A stretch of 64,000 bases of DNA from the IMG/VR virus record IMGVR_UViG_3300030100_000622, one strand, 5' to 3'. This document shows positions 18,102-28,249 of this stretch, piece by piece. Position numbers and translations under genes: made by a program. Position 1 is the stretch's first letter, and the number at the start of each line of letters is the position of its first letter. A model generated the notes under the pieces. It had not been told where the DNA came from, ran no database searches, and saw nothing but the letters and a program-made list of their open reading frames with translations. The stretch is from an uncultured virus (IMG/VR IMGVR_UViG_3300030100_000622) (Duplodnaviria; Heunggongvirae; Uroviricota; Caudoviricetes).

Positions 18102-19606
18102 TTATCAATGGAGAAGAAGTAAAACAGAAGTTATTGCAAGGAATTGATTTGGTTGCTAACACAGTTAAACCAACATTAGGGCCGCAAGCAAAGACAGTAA
18201 TTCTTCAAGGTAATCCTCCGGTTGTAATTAATGACGGGGTTACAATTACTAAGTATATTTCACATGAAGATGCTTATGTCCAAATGGGAATCCAATTGGT
18301 TCAAAACTTAGCAAGTAAAGCACAAGAAGGCAGTGGAGATGGAACCACTACCGCTTGTATTTTGGCTCAAGCAATTTGTCATAGAATTATGGATTCATTA
18401 GGCGAAATGTCTGTTCAAGAATTTAATAAGCGAATGGAAGAGGCTAAAGAGCAAATTATTCACTTCTTAGAACAAGCCTCCTATCCTGTAAATGATAGTG
18501 GTATTCTTGATATTGCCACAATAGCCGCAAATAATGACTCTGATATGGGACAATTAATTGCTGATGCACTTGAGAAAGTGGGGAGAGATGGAGTAGTAAC
18601 TGTTGAAGAATCTAAATCACACCTAACCGAATTAGTGGTTAGAGAGGGAATGGAAATACCCGAAGGCTACATTAGTCATTTGATGGCTAATGATGAAGGT
18701 AAAGTAGTATTCAATAATCCATTAGTATTCCTTTCTAATATTCCATTTAGAAACTTTGGTGAATTATTGCCAATGTTAGAATTAGCGGCTTCGCAGAAAA
18801 GACCTTTGCTTATTCTATGTAAAGGAATGGAGGGTTCTTCATTGAATAATCTATTAATGAATATTCTGAATAAGACTGTTGATTGTGCAGTAATACTTGC
18901 ACCTAACTTTGGTGATGCTCAATTAGATGAATTGGGTGACATCAAAACTTTGATTGGTGGAGAGATTTTTAATGCTGAATCTAAGGCTGACCCAACACTT
19001 GTCGTAGCAGAAAGTTTTGGGACTTGTGAACAGGTTATAATTACAAAAGAGAAAACTACCTTTGTTGGTGCTGATGGCGATACTACATCACGAATTAATC
19101 GTCTAAAAGAAACTCTAAAGGATATGACAGGATATGATGCTGGTCGAATTAAGAGCAGAATTACTCGTCTAAAGGGCGGAATTGCTACAATTAGAGTTGG
19201 TGCTGGTTCTTCTATTGAGATGAGAGAAAAGAAAGAAAGACTTGATGATGCGCTTAATGCAACTAAAGCGGCATTAGCAGAAGGTATTGTTGTTGGTGGA
19301 GGATTAACTTTAGCACTTGCTGGTATTGAAACTAATAACAAATTAGGATATGATTTGGCTTGGCTGGTTGATGCTCTCCATGAACCAATTAGAACATTAA
19401 TTGCTAATAGTAATTTAGATGTAGGCAAAACAATGACAGAAATTATTCCTGCTAATGGGATAGGATTCAATGCCTTAACAGGTAAAATAGAAAATTTACA
19501 GAATGTTGTTGACCCCGTTAAAGTAACTAAGAATAGTTTCCTTGCGGCTATGTCAATTGCACAGTTATTCTATTCAACAGATGTTGCAGTATTGTTGGAG
19601 GAATGA
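18098..19606 (+). CDS. groEL: group I chaperonin GroEL-like
   Basis: TLGP, NDGVTI, GDGTTTA, KERLDDALNATKAA..EGIVVGGG, DPVKV. Confidence 0.93.
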   Translation: MIINGEEVKQKLLQGIDLVANTVKPTLGPQAKTVILQGNPPVVINDGVTITKYISHEDAYVQMGIQLVQNLASKAQEGSGDGTTTACILAQAICHRIMDSLGEMSVQEFNKRMEEAKEQIIHFLEQASYPVNDSGILDIATIAANNDSDMGQLIADALEKVGRDGVVTVEESKSHLTELVVREGMEIPEGYISHLMANDEGKVVFNNPLVFLSNIPFRNFGELLPMLELAASQKRPLLILCKGMEGSSLNNLLMNILNKTVDCAVILAPNFGDAQLDELGDIKTLIGGEIFNAESKADPTLVVAESFGTCEQVIITKEKTTFVGADGDTTSRINRLKETLKDMTGYDAGRIKSRITRLKGGIATIRVGAGSSIEMREKKERLDDALNATKAALAEGIVVGGGLTLALAGIETNNKLGYDLAWLVDALHEPIRTLIANSNLDVGKTMTEIIPANGIGFNALTGKIENLQNVVDPVKVTKNSFLAAMSIAQLFYSTDVAVLLEE

Positions 19607-19968
19607 GTATGACTTGGGAAAAGGATTGTTGTAATGAAACTGATGATATAGAAATAACATATAAGCAATTATCAGAAGATGAATATAGTAAAAAGTTTAT
19701 TGCTTTTTATATTTGTTCTGATTGTAAAATGCCTCTCCTTGACGAAGAAGGTTATTTAGATGTTGTTAGCAACCAACCTCATTTAGTTGATGATATTATA
19801 GGATTTTATATGAATAGAGCAAATGAACCCGAATGGAAAGGTAATTTGGATGAATCAATATGGAGGATTAAAAATGCTTAATGATAAAGAAATTGAAAGA
19901 ATGACTATTGTTTATTCAGATGGTTCTATGATTATTCTTGTAAGAAACCCTGATGGATATTTAGTTGA

Positions 19969-20388
19969 GTGAAGGAGGCAAAAGTAATGAAGAAGAGAGC
20001 AATAACCGTTACATTACCTGCCCCGCATAAAGCACAGATTAAATGTCCTATTTGTAAAGGGAATAAATGTGTAGTCTGTAATATGACAGGTAATTTGAAG
20101 ATTGATGTTGCGCCAAAGATACCTATTCAAAGAGCGCACATTATCAAGTATGTTGTTGAGAACATACATGATGTTGCTAATGAAATTACTAAGAAGTATG
20201 GGCTTGTTCCCGAAGTCAATACAATTGAAGTAATTGAAATAAATGGAGGGCAGTACGAAATAGTACAAGTATCATCTTTAGGTGGTGCTTGTTGGGTAGT
20301 GAATCGTTTAGATGAATTAGATACTCCCCGCTATTTCACATCAAGAAAAGAATTGGATAAATTCAAACAGGGGTGGTTTAGTGAATGA
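19969..20388 (+). CDS. Zn-finger protein (DnaJ-type CxxCxG repeat)
   Basis: CPICKGNKCVVCNMTG. Confidence 0.65.
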   Translation: MKEAKVMKKRAITVTLPAPHKAQIKCPICKGNKCVVCNMTGNLKIDVAPKIPIQRAHIIKYVVENIHDVANEITKKYGLVPEVNTIEVIEINGGQYEIVQVSSLGGACWVVNRLDELDTPRYFTSRKELDKFKQGWFSE

Positions 20389-20596
20389 TAATACTATGCC
20401 AACAGTCGGGCGCATAGTGCGGGATGCCACGACTGATTGCCTTATAAAAAAAGGAAAGTGGTGGAACATTGAGGTCATTGATATTAGATGGTTCAAAAAT
20501 GATAAGCCTACAAATAAAGGTATTCGTCTTAATTTAGACGAAGCAAGACAATTAATGAAAATATTAAGGAGAGAGTTAGATGAAGAGAGTCAGTGA
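20381..20596 (+). CDS. PC4-like ssDNA-binding protein
   Basis: IDIRWF..KPTNKGIRL...E..L. Confidence 0.8.
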   Translation: MNDNTMPTVGRIVRDATTDCLIKKGKWWNIEVIDIRWFKNDKPTNKGIRLNLDEARQLMKILRRELDEESQ

Positions 20597-20846
20597 AAAA
20601 TCTGCAAAAAGAAGTTTGAGAAGCGCAAACGAAAAACGACAATACGCTATGGGTTCAGTACAAAAGTTTGGTATTTGCTCTGGAAAGATTATGGATTTAT
20701 TTGCCAAGTATGTTGAACAAAAAATGACTGTTCCTCCAAATGGAGGGAGAGGTTGTCGTATTACTAAAGAACACATTGAATTGTGCTTTGGTAACTTCTA
20801 TCAAGGAATGAGAGAATTCATGGATGGTGAAATGAATGAACAATAA
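20580..20846 (+). CDS. possible divergent histone-fold protein
   Basis: three-helix pattern ending RITKEHI. Confidence 0.4.
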   Translation: MKRVSEKSAKRSLRSANEKRQYAMGSVQKFGICSGKIMDLFAKYVEQKMTVPPNGGRGCRITKEHIELCFGNFYQGMREFMDGEMNEQ

Positions 20847-21204
20847 GTTGTATATGATAACAGTAAATCTCAAGAAGTTTGATGAGTGGTATAAACAAAC
20901 CAAAATTAAACTAAAGAGAAGAAAAAATCCTATGGCATTAGAACATTTTGATGCTGGTTATGCAGACATTAGAAATGGTAATTACTTAGCGAGAGCGTCT
21001 TTTGTTTGCTATTGGGAAATATATTCTGATAACAACTTAGCAAGAATAGCCCCTGCTATTACTCAGGCAACAATGATTCATATGTTGCACCGATTAATTG
21101 AACAAGGTAAAGATGCAGAAGTCCAAGCGATGAGTCAAATTATGACTAATTTCCTTAGACTATTAGGCGTAATAGAAGCAGGTGCTAAGAATGAAGAAGA
21201 GTGA
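20836..21204 (+). CDS. hypothetical protein
   Basis: 122-aa ORF in operon. Confidence 0.6.
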   Translation: MNNKLYMITVNLKKFDEWYKQTKIKLKRRKNPMALEHFDAGYADIRNGNYLARASFVCYWEIYSDNNLARIAPAITQATMIHMLHRLIEQGKDAEVQAMSQIMTNFLRLLGVIEAGAKNEEE

Positions 21205-21320
21205 ATGGATTTATCTTGCTAATATAATGTGGGATTTTTCAGATACACATGATGGTAAATTAAGCATATTGCTTAAAGAATTAATACAAAAAATAAATGA
21301 AAATATGGAAGTGATTATAG

Positions 21321-22847
21321 ATGACATGGGAGAACATGACGAGACTATTGGAAGTGACTGATAGAGTTACACCAACACAACAAGTAACAGTAATTTCAAG
21401 AGAATTAAATAAGTTTGAGGATAAGTCAAGCCTATTGAGAATATTAGCGCAAGCATACGAAATCAATAATATTGGAATATCTAAGGCTAAGAAGTGGGTA
21501 GCCAAGATGTATAATGTATTTGATAGTGAGATAAATGCAGACTATTCAACATATGATGATTTAGGTGATGTTGTCTATTACTTAGATAGCCAAGCAGAAA
21601 AACAGGGCGACTTCACTCTTCAAACAATCATTCGTCTTTTAGAATTAGATTGTAGTAAAATTAATTCAAACCAATTTACTTTACTTTCAGAAAGCATTAC
21701 TTCAATGTCATCATTAGCAAGAAAGTGGTTTATTCGCTTTTGGTTAAGAACACCAAGAAACGGAATTAATTCTGGAACAGTAACTAAAGTTATTGCTAAA
21801 CATTATAATAAAAAATTGAAAGAGGTAAAGAAGCATTTGAATTTTAATTCAGTTGAAACTGTTATTACTTCATATGAAAATGAAGAAACGCCTTCAACTA
21901 ATTTGGTTCATGGCTCTTTCGTTTCACCAATGTTAGCAAAAGAAGTACCTATGGAAAAATGGCCAACTAACAAAATTGTTGATTACAAATATGATGGTAA
22001 TAGATACCAAATTCATTTAGAAGATAAGAATGTAATTATTTTTAATCGTAAAGGGAAAGTAGTTACCCATCAATTTACTGATATTGCAGAATTAGTTTCT
22101 GGTTATCCCATACATAATGGAATATTTGATGGTGAAATATACCCAATTAAAGAAGATGGTAGTCCTGATGAGCATAAAAAGATGGCAACGAGAGTACATT
22201 CAAAGAATCATCAAGAGGCATTGGATAAAGTCGCAGTAAAATGGGTCATTTTTGATTGTCTTAAATTAAATGATGAAACAATTATGGATATTTCTTTCTC
22301 TGAAAGATTGAAGAAGATGAAAAATGTGCCAAATCAGGCTCACCGAATGAAGGATGATAATGTAATGGCCTTTTACAATCAAGCAATCAATGACGGCTTT
22401 GAAGGAATCATAGTAAAAAATGCTGATGTTCCCTATGAAGCAGGGAAAAGAAGCGCATTTTGGGCTAAGTACAAACCGCCTCGAATAGAATTAGATGTAG
22501 TTATCATGTCGGCTAAGTACGGTGAAGGAAAAAGAGCCAATGTTTTTGGTACTTTTGAGATTGGTGTTAAGTCTGATAAAGGAATTGTATCAGTTGGTAA
22601 AGTAGGCACAGGTTTTAGTGATGCAGATTTAGTTAGTCTAACACACAACCTTAGAAGAAATGTGGAGAATTTTGAGAATGATACCTATTACTTCTTGCCA
22701 AGAGTAGTCTTAGAAGTTAGTGCTGATTTAGTTTCAAGAGATGAAAAGGGTAATTTAGGTTTGAGATTTCCAAGATGTAAAAGAATCCGTGATGATAAGT
22801 TTGCGGCAGACATCAATACTTTAGGAGATGTGGAGAGATTAGAATGA
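21321..22847 (+). CDS. lig: ATP-dependent DNA ligase
   Basis: KYDGNR, DGE, IFD, EGIIVK, WAKYK, GKVGTGF, LRFPR..R.DK. Confidence 0.95.
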   Translation: MTWENMTRLLEVTDRVTPTQQVTVISRELNKFEDKSSLLRILAQAYEINNIGISKAKKWVAKMYNVFDSEINADYSTYDDLGDVVYYLDSQAEKQGDFTLQTIIRLLELDCSKINSNQFTLLSESITSMSSLARKWFIRFWLRTPRNGINSGTVTKVIAKHYNKKLKEVKKHLNFNSVETVITSYENEETPSTNLVHGSFVSPMLAKEVPMEKWPTNKIVDYKYDGNRYQIHLEDKNVIIFNRKGKVVTHQFTDIAELVSGYPIHNGIFDGEIYPIKEDGSPDEHKKMATRVHSKNHQEALDKVAVKWVIFDCLKLNDETIMDISFSERLKKMKNVPNQAHRMKDDNVMAFYNQAINDGFEGIIVKNADVPYEAGKRSAFWAKYKPPRIELDVVIMSAKYGEGKRANVFGTFEIGVKSDKGIVSVGKVGTGFSDADLVSLTHNLRRNVENFENDTYYFLPRVVLEVSADLVSRDEKGNLGLRFPRCKRIRDDKFAADINTLGDVERLE

Positions 22848-23287
22848 TTAAAGAAGGAGAATTAACAATGATTAAATTTGTCACATACAGATGTATTAGA
22901 GTGGAAAATGGTATGGCCCATTTGAAAAATGTAACCACTGATAAGGGCAGAGCGAAATTAGTTAGAGTCGAAGAATGTCCCTATATTGAGAACGGTAAAT
23001 TGATAGTACCGGAAATTCCTGCAAAGCCGAAGTATAAACGCAAGACCACTTTGAGTATTCCTAAGATAATCAAAGAAGTTACTGATTTATCAGTATCAAC
23101 AAATGCGAGATACTTTATCGCTGAATGGATAGAAACCGCAGTGGCTAATCTGATAGCCAATGGAGAAGCAAGTGCTAAGAACCTCGGACATAAACGAATT
23201 ACAGAAGCGCATATCTATTGGATGGAAACTAATGACCTGCCGATAGGACATTGGAAATCAAATATGGAGTATATGAAAGAGGACTAA
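22844..23287 (+). CDS. histone-fold protein with N-terminal extra domain
   Basis: IPKIIKE..SVSTNAR..A.ASAKNLGHKRITEAHI matches the HMf-type pattern. Confidence 0.75.
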   Translation: MIKEGELTMIKFVTYRCIRVENGMAHLKNVTTDKGRAKLVRVEECPYIENGKLIVPEIPAKPKYKRKTTLSIPKIIKEVTDLSVSTNARYFIAEWIETAVANLIANGEASAKNLGHKRITEAHIYWMETNDLPIGHWKSNMEYMKED

Positions 23288-23646
23288 TTATGTTTAATGA
23301 TGTGGAGATTCAATCATGGATAGATAAACATGGAACTGCTACATCACTAACATGGTTAGTTTTTGGTACTACAAAAGAAGAAGAAACTAATCTTCTAATT
23401 AAGGGCTTAATGGTAAGATTAATGGAAAATGAAATCGAAAGGAGTTTTGCTTTATTTGCTGACCCTATTGATGAAGAACAAGCAAGGGCTTGGAATAGTT
23501 TTCAAGGAACCAGCCTATCATTTGTTTTTGCAGGTGATGTGGTTCCTTTTGAAGAAATAATAGTTATGACTGTGAATGACGGTCTTGACTTTTTGAGATA
23601 CAAATACAAATACTTAGGTAATAAAAATAGTGATAGTTATGTATAA
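23251..23646 (+). CDS. hypothetical protein (start likely ~23290)
   Basis: ORF in operon. Confidence 0.6.
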   Translation: MEIKYGVYERGLIMFNDVEIQSWIDKHGTATSLTWLVFGTTKEEETNLLIKGLMVRLMENEIERSFALFADPIDEEQARAWNSFQGTSLSFVFAGDVVPFEEIIVMTVNDGLDFLRYKYKYLGNKNSDSYV

Positions 23647-24001
23647 TAAAGAAATATTAAAGGGAATAATGATTAGTCTTGCAAGAGGATTAATTCAATT
23701 AACTTGTGAACCTTCTTATGCGATAGGATATAAGGTCGTATTTTCAATAAGATTGAATGGCGACCCCGAATTCTTAGATGCAGTATTAAGAAGTTTAGCG
23801 CAACATAATATTGTAGCAAACATAAGCAAAAGAGAATTGAGAATATATAGGCAAGATTCAATTGCTAAATTAATTGATTTAGTTAAAAATGAATATTGTC
23901 CTAAATTAGAAACCTTCATTGAAGGATATGACATATGGAATTCTGACTTGCCTAAAGCAAGAAAGTTTGATGCCATATGCAAATTGAAAGGGTTGATTTA
24001 A
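23630..24001 (+). CDS. possible degenerate LAGLIDADG-fold protein
   Basis: F.I...D.EFLD.V...L....I...L.I..I..L pattern; signature helix degenerate. Confidence 0.4.
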   Translation: MIVMYNKEILKGIMISLARGLIQLTCEPSYAIGYKVVFSIRLNGDPEFLDAVLRSLAQHNIVANISKRELRIYRQDSIAKLIDLVKNEYCPKLETFIEGYDIWNSDLPKARKFDAICKLKGLI

Positions 24002-24855
24002 TGGGATTAACAAATATGAATGACAATAGGCCAATACTAATAACAGGAAAAACAGGAACCGGAAAGTCCACAAAAGCAAAAGCATATTTTACTGATGAAG
24101 TAAAGATTGTTTATGCTAATGATATAGAGTTTGATTTAGGTTCTCATCCTAAGAGTGCAGGTATAATTATAGAAGATGTTCATTACAAACCACAAACGGA
24201 TATTATAATGAACATTATCAGAAGTTATAGAGGACAGTTAGTATTGACTTCAATCAATGAAAAGAGCGTTCCTAAACAAATTAAGGATATGTGTAAAATT
24301 AAGAGAGCAGGTTCTCTTAATCATTTGCAGAATGAAATCAAGTACCTTGCACCTAATAGTGAACCACCTTTCTCATATGAGAAAGATACATATTCATTAG
24401 TTGCAGAATACATGAAGAACAGTGATAGAGATTTAGTAGCCAAATTACTGTTATACAATAAACCAGCAGACACACAAATAATGTCATGGTTAAATGAAAA
24501 TATGCACCCCAACAAATTATTGTTTGTTGATGGTGTAGTTAAGCGAAGATGGAGTCAAAGATACTTCTATGAAATGTTAGCGTATGTTCACGCAGGTAAT
24601 TCTTATGATAGAATATCAATGCCAAAAAGAGGAACATATTCAAAGATACCAAGTCTATCAAGAAGATTAGGTGTCAAGAATCCAAGCGTGTTACGGCAAC
24701 TTTGTATGGATAATACCATAGCAGAACATTTCAAAAAGAAACTAAACAATGCAGAATGCCGACTGCTTCAAATTGGCGAAAAGAAAAAGAAAGGTCGTAA
24801 AAAGAAAACCGACCCAATTAGAATAGAACAAAAAAGAATAGGTGATTATTTATGA
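23977..24855 (+). CDS. clamp loader large-subunit-like AAA+ (RFC-L)
   Basis: GKTGTGKST, IIIEDVH, C-terminal PIP-like QKRIGDYL. Confidence 0.7.
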   Translation: MQIERVDLMGLTNMNDNRPILITGKTGTGKSTKAKAYFTDEVKIVYANDIEFDLGSHPKSAGIIIEDVHYKPQTDIIMNIIRSYRGQLVLTSINEKSVPKQIKDMCKIKRAGSLNHLQNEIKYLAPNSEPPFSYEKDTYSLVAEYMKNSDRDLVAKLLLYNKPADTQIMSWLNENMHPNKLLFVDGVVKRRWSQRYFYEMLAYVHAGNSYDRISMPKRGTYSKIPSLSRRLGVKNPSVLRQLCMDNTIAEHFKKKLNNAECRLLQIGEKKKKGRKKKTDPIRIEQKRIGDYL

Positions 24856-25178
24856 ATAATAAAGAATACTACATAGGAGAAGCAACCATCACATATCTTG
24901 TTGATGGTGAAGAAAGAGAAGAAACAGGACAATTAATGATTCCATCATTAATGTTTTTACATGAGGCTTTTGTCTTAGGAAAAGGCAAAAAGCAAATTGC
25001 TATTTTTATGAAAAATGTTGTTAAAATAGAAATGGAATTAGATAACGAACTTTATTGGATTAAGACTAAAATGATGGAGAAGGATATTTCTGTTCGCAGA
25101 AAACAAAGACTGTATGAACAACAACAAATATCTGAATCTATTGATAGAGAAAGCGATAATGGCGTAATGGTGGGTTAA
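24852..25178 (+). CDS. hypothetical protein
   Basis: GGTGA SD, 108 aa. Confidence 0.55.
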   Translation: MNNKEYYIGEATITYLVDGEEREETGQLMIPSLMFLHEAFVLGKGKKQIAIFMKNVVKIEMELDNELYWIKTKMMEKDISVRRKQRLYEQQQISESIDRESDNGVMVG

Positions 25179-25424
25179 GTTTGGGTACAAGAACCGACCA
25201 ATATATTCAAAAAATTAAAGAAGTCTTAGATGAAAAAGAAATGACTTCAAGAGAAGTTTTAGATGCTTTGATTAATTATCAAACATCAAAAAAATTATCA
25301 AGACGACAAGTACCCACTTACAGACAAGTGGTTGCTTTGCTAAAAAACCCCACTAATTTTATAGAAGTTAAAAATGAAGATTTGCCAAGAGGCAGAAAGT
25401 TAAGAATATACAAGGTGAATAAAA

Positions 25425-26333
25425 ATGCTATGGACAGAAAAATACAGACCAAACAAACTAAGTGATATAATCGGACAAGAACATTTTGTAATGGATGCTG
25501 AATCTTGGTTAGAAGAAAACAACATGCCTAACCTTTTGATTCATGGTAATTCTGGTAATGGGAAAACTTCAGCCGCTATTGCTTTTGCTAAGACTATGTT
25601 AGGAGATGATTATGAAGATAACTTCTTTGAAGTAAATGCTTCTGATGATAGAAGATTAGAAACAGTTAGAACCACTATCAAGAATATAGCACAAAGCGGC
25701 ACAATTGGTAATGCACCATTTAGAATGTGTTTGTTAGATGAAATGGATGGGATGACAAACGATGCTCAAAACGCATTGAAGCGAATTATGGAAAGATATT
25801 CCAGCAATATTAGATTTATTATTACTTGTAATGATAGAAACAAAATCATCTTTGCACTTCAAAGCCGATGTGCAAACTACCATTTCAAACCATTATCGAA
25901 TGAAGCCATGTTCAGCGTATTGAGCCAAATACTCGAACATGAGAGAATAACTCGATTTGATGAAAATGAATTGTCCTCCTTTATATATGCTATGAACGGT
26001 GACATGAGGCGAGCCGTAACTGAATTACAAGCCGCTAAGTCAAGCGATAAAGGACTCGCAGTGCAACTAAAAAATTCACTAAAAGAATACGAAAAAATAC
26101 TAATTAAATTACAGAATAAAAATAAAAATATATTGGGTGAATTACATGAATTATTGTATCAAGGCAGAACAGTTAGAGAAATCTGTCTTGGGCTACATGA
26201 TGCAGTTATCGCATCTGAAATTGATAGCATTAGCAAATTCAAATTTCTAAGAACAATAGGAGAAACAGAATGGCGTTCCACTACAATGACACCAAAGGTA
26301 TTACTATCTTGGATGGTAGGTCAATTGTTGTGA
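25425..26333 (+). CDS. rfcS: replication factor C small subunit
   Basis: WTEKYRP..L..IIGQ, GNGKTS, NASDDR, LDEMD, QSRC. Confidence 0.95.
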   Translation: MLWTEKYRPNKLSDIIGQEHFVMDAESWLEENNMPNLLIHGNSGNGKTSAAIAFAKTMLGDDYEDNFFEVNASDDRRLETVRTTIKNIAQSGTIGNAPFRMCLLDEMDGMTNDAQNALKRIMERYSSNIRFIITCNDRNKIIFALQSRCANYHFKPLSNEAMFSVLSQILEHERITRFDENELSSFIYAMNGDMRRAVTELQAAKSSDKGLAVQLKNSLKEYEKILIKLQNKNKNILGELHELLYQGRTVREICLGLHDAVIASEIDSISKFKFLRTIGETEWRSTTMTPKVLLSWMVGQLL

Positions 26334-26372
26334 TAATAAAAAAACAAAACGAAAAAAAAAGAGGCGAAAAAT

Positions 26373-27590
26373 ATGAATGAAAGTATGAAAGCAGAAATCG
26401 AAAAGAGCGCACCATATATTGATATGGGCGTTGATGAGGCAATAGCCAAGTTTGAGGAACTATGTTCAGCAAACGGGCTTGAAACAACCAACCCTGCATC
26501 TATGGGTGTATGGAGAAACTATGTGGCGAATAGCCGAAGAATGAAGAAGAATGGAAACGAAAGTAACAATGATAATGATTCATTTTACAAAGCGGCATTT
26601 GGATTCTTTGTTTCCCTTGACGCACCAAGAGATATGATGGCTTGGAACAGAATGAAAGCAAAAGAAGAATACCTGCGTGATGAAAACAATGCACTTGAAA
26701 ATGGTATTGTTGCAGTAGCAACAGAGAATGCTCTTGGCAAGTGGGTAGTTTCCCGTTATCATAATGGTGAATATAGAGAAGCAACTCTTTCTGAATTACC
26801 TAACGGTGCAGAAGAATTAGAAGATGGCCGAGTCTATATTCCATTGGATAATACCGCTACATACATGAATGGCGGAACCAATGCTAATTATGGAAAACCA
26901 CTCCCTGCTGAACAAATGCGAAGAAGTGGAGTATTCTATGGTTCATTAGATAATGGAGATATGAGAATGTATTATTTCTCATACAAGAATCAAGGCGGTG
27001 TTGACTTTGCACCTAACACTTTTGAATGGTGTCATTTCCTTTGTGTTGAAGGTTCTAATGGTACAGACATTTATGGTGCTAAGGATTTAACTTCGGGTAG
27101 TTTGTCACTAAATGCAGACATTGACCCCGAAAGCAACATTTACCGTGATATGAGTAACTTTTCCTTTGAGAATTGCTTGAAGGAAAACTTTGAATCTAAC
27201 TTGGTAAATATCCTTGATTTGGATAGAGCGCATATTCAGCGACAAGCACTTCCTTCTAAGGAAAGATACATCATTACTGATGGAACAGTTTGTAACATGA
27301 ATATGACTCCAACTAAGAACGGTAATAGAATTATCAACATTACAGACATTAACGCTGAAATGAATTATGAAAGTGATTCTGGCGTTGTAACTTGTTGGAT
27401 TCCAGAACATCTATCCTTAGATTTCGGTATTGGTTCAACAGTATATGTTGTAGGCAGAACAAGTCAAAGAACAGTTGATGGTGAAGTGGAACCTGTTACA
27501 ATTAATGCCTCCGGTGTTCATTGTGTAATTAGACATGGTTCTCCGGTTGAATCTAATCAACCTGTGGAGGAAAACTTTGATTGGTTTTGA
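26373..27590 (+). CDS. putative ssDNA-binding (RPA/OB-fold) protein
   Basis: C-terminal OB-like pattern, acidic-aromatic tail EENFDWF, replisome context. Confidence 0.55.
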   Translation: MNESMKAEIEKSAPYIDMGVDEAIAKFEELCSANGLETTNPASMGVWRNYVANSRRMKKNGNESNNDNDSFYKAAFGFFVSLDAPRDMMAWNRMKAKEEYLRDENNALENGIVAVATENALGKWVVSRYHNGEYREATLSELPNGAEELEDGRVYIPLDNTATYMNGGTNANYGKPLPAEQMRRSGVFYGSLDNGDMRMYYFSYKNQGGVDFAPNTFEWCHFLCVEGSNGTDIYGAKDLTSGSLSLNADIDPESNIYRDMSNFSFENCLKENFESNLVNILDLDRAHIQRQALPSKERYIITDGTVCNMNMTPTKNGNRIINITDINAEMNYESDSGVVTCWIPEHLSLDFGIGSTVYVVGRTSQRTVDGEVEPVTINASGVHCVIRHGSPVESNQPVEENFDWF

Positions 27591-27705
27591 AGTGATACTC
27601 TAACCTAATCTTCTCTCGGGCTGAAGAAGATTTGGGTTTCGGGCAAGGTAAATGTGACTTGTGAGGGGAATTGACATTCAAGTGGGTGCAAAGCCCACAC
27701 TTTAG

Positions 27706-27996
27706 GTGATTATAATGGAATTATACGAAAATGCAATACAGACAGATAGAGCGTTCATTTATTTTAATAGAATAGCGCATATCTCTTGGAAAGAAGTAGC
27801 GTTGGGGGCAAAAGGCGTAAAGCCTTCTTCAATCTATTATGAAGTAAAAATATATTCGGATGCAGGAATGATTATTCAAAACATGACTGCTTCACAATAT
27901 TTGGCCTTTATGAAAGCATACAGAAGAAATACACAAATGAAAATTGTTCAAGATGTTACAGGAATAGATATTAACGGTGAAACACATGGATATTAA
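27706..27996 (+). CDS. hypothetical protein
   Basis: AGGTGA SD near 27704. Confidence 0.55.
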   Translation: MIIMELYENAIQTDRAFIYFNRIAHISWKEVALGAKGVKPSSIYYEVKIYSDAGMIIQNMTASQYLAFMKAYRRNTQMKIVQDVTGIDINGETHGY

Positions 27997-28249
27997 AGAA
28001 AATAGATTTCTAATAAAAGAAAACAGTTACATTGTTGATTTATTCAATGTGGACTTTATTACATTCAAAGAGAATGAAAAGGATTTTGGTTCATATTGGA
28101 TTAAATTACACATCGGCTCAAAAGAGGTCAGATACATATGTGACGATATAAATAAACTAAGAGAAATAGTGGAATTATGGTGTGGAATACACGGTAAAAC
28201 AATTTCACTTGACGAAAAAGAATTGGTAGGTGAGAACCAATGGGATTGA
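27977..28249 (+). CDS. hypothetical protein
   Basis: 90-aa ORF in operon. Confidence 0.55.
   Translation: MKHMDIKENRFLIKENSYIVDLFNVDFITFKENEKDFGSYWIKLHIGSKEVRYICDDINKLREIVELWCGIHGKTISLDEKELVGENQWD

Noticed and set aside
18919..19470. Long antisense ORFs (also 13945-14424, 36733-37230, 41673-42122, 59090-59554)
   Set aside because: Shadows of well-supported genes on the opposite strand
27620..27660. Hammerhead ribozyme (CTGAAGA core)
   Set aside because: No correctly placed GAAA/stem III; the bases belong to a simple hairpin
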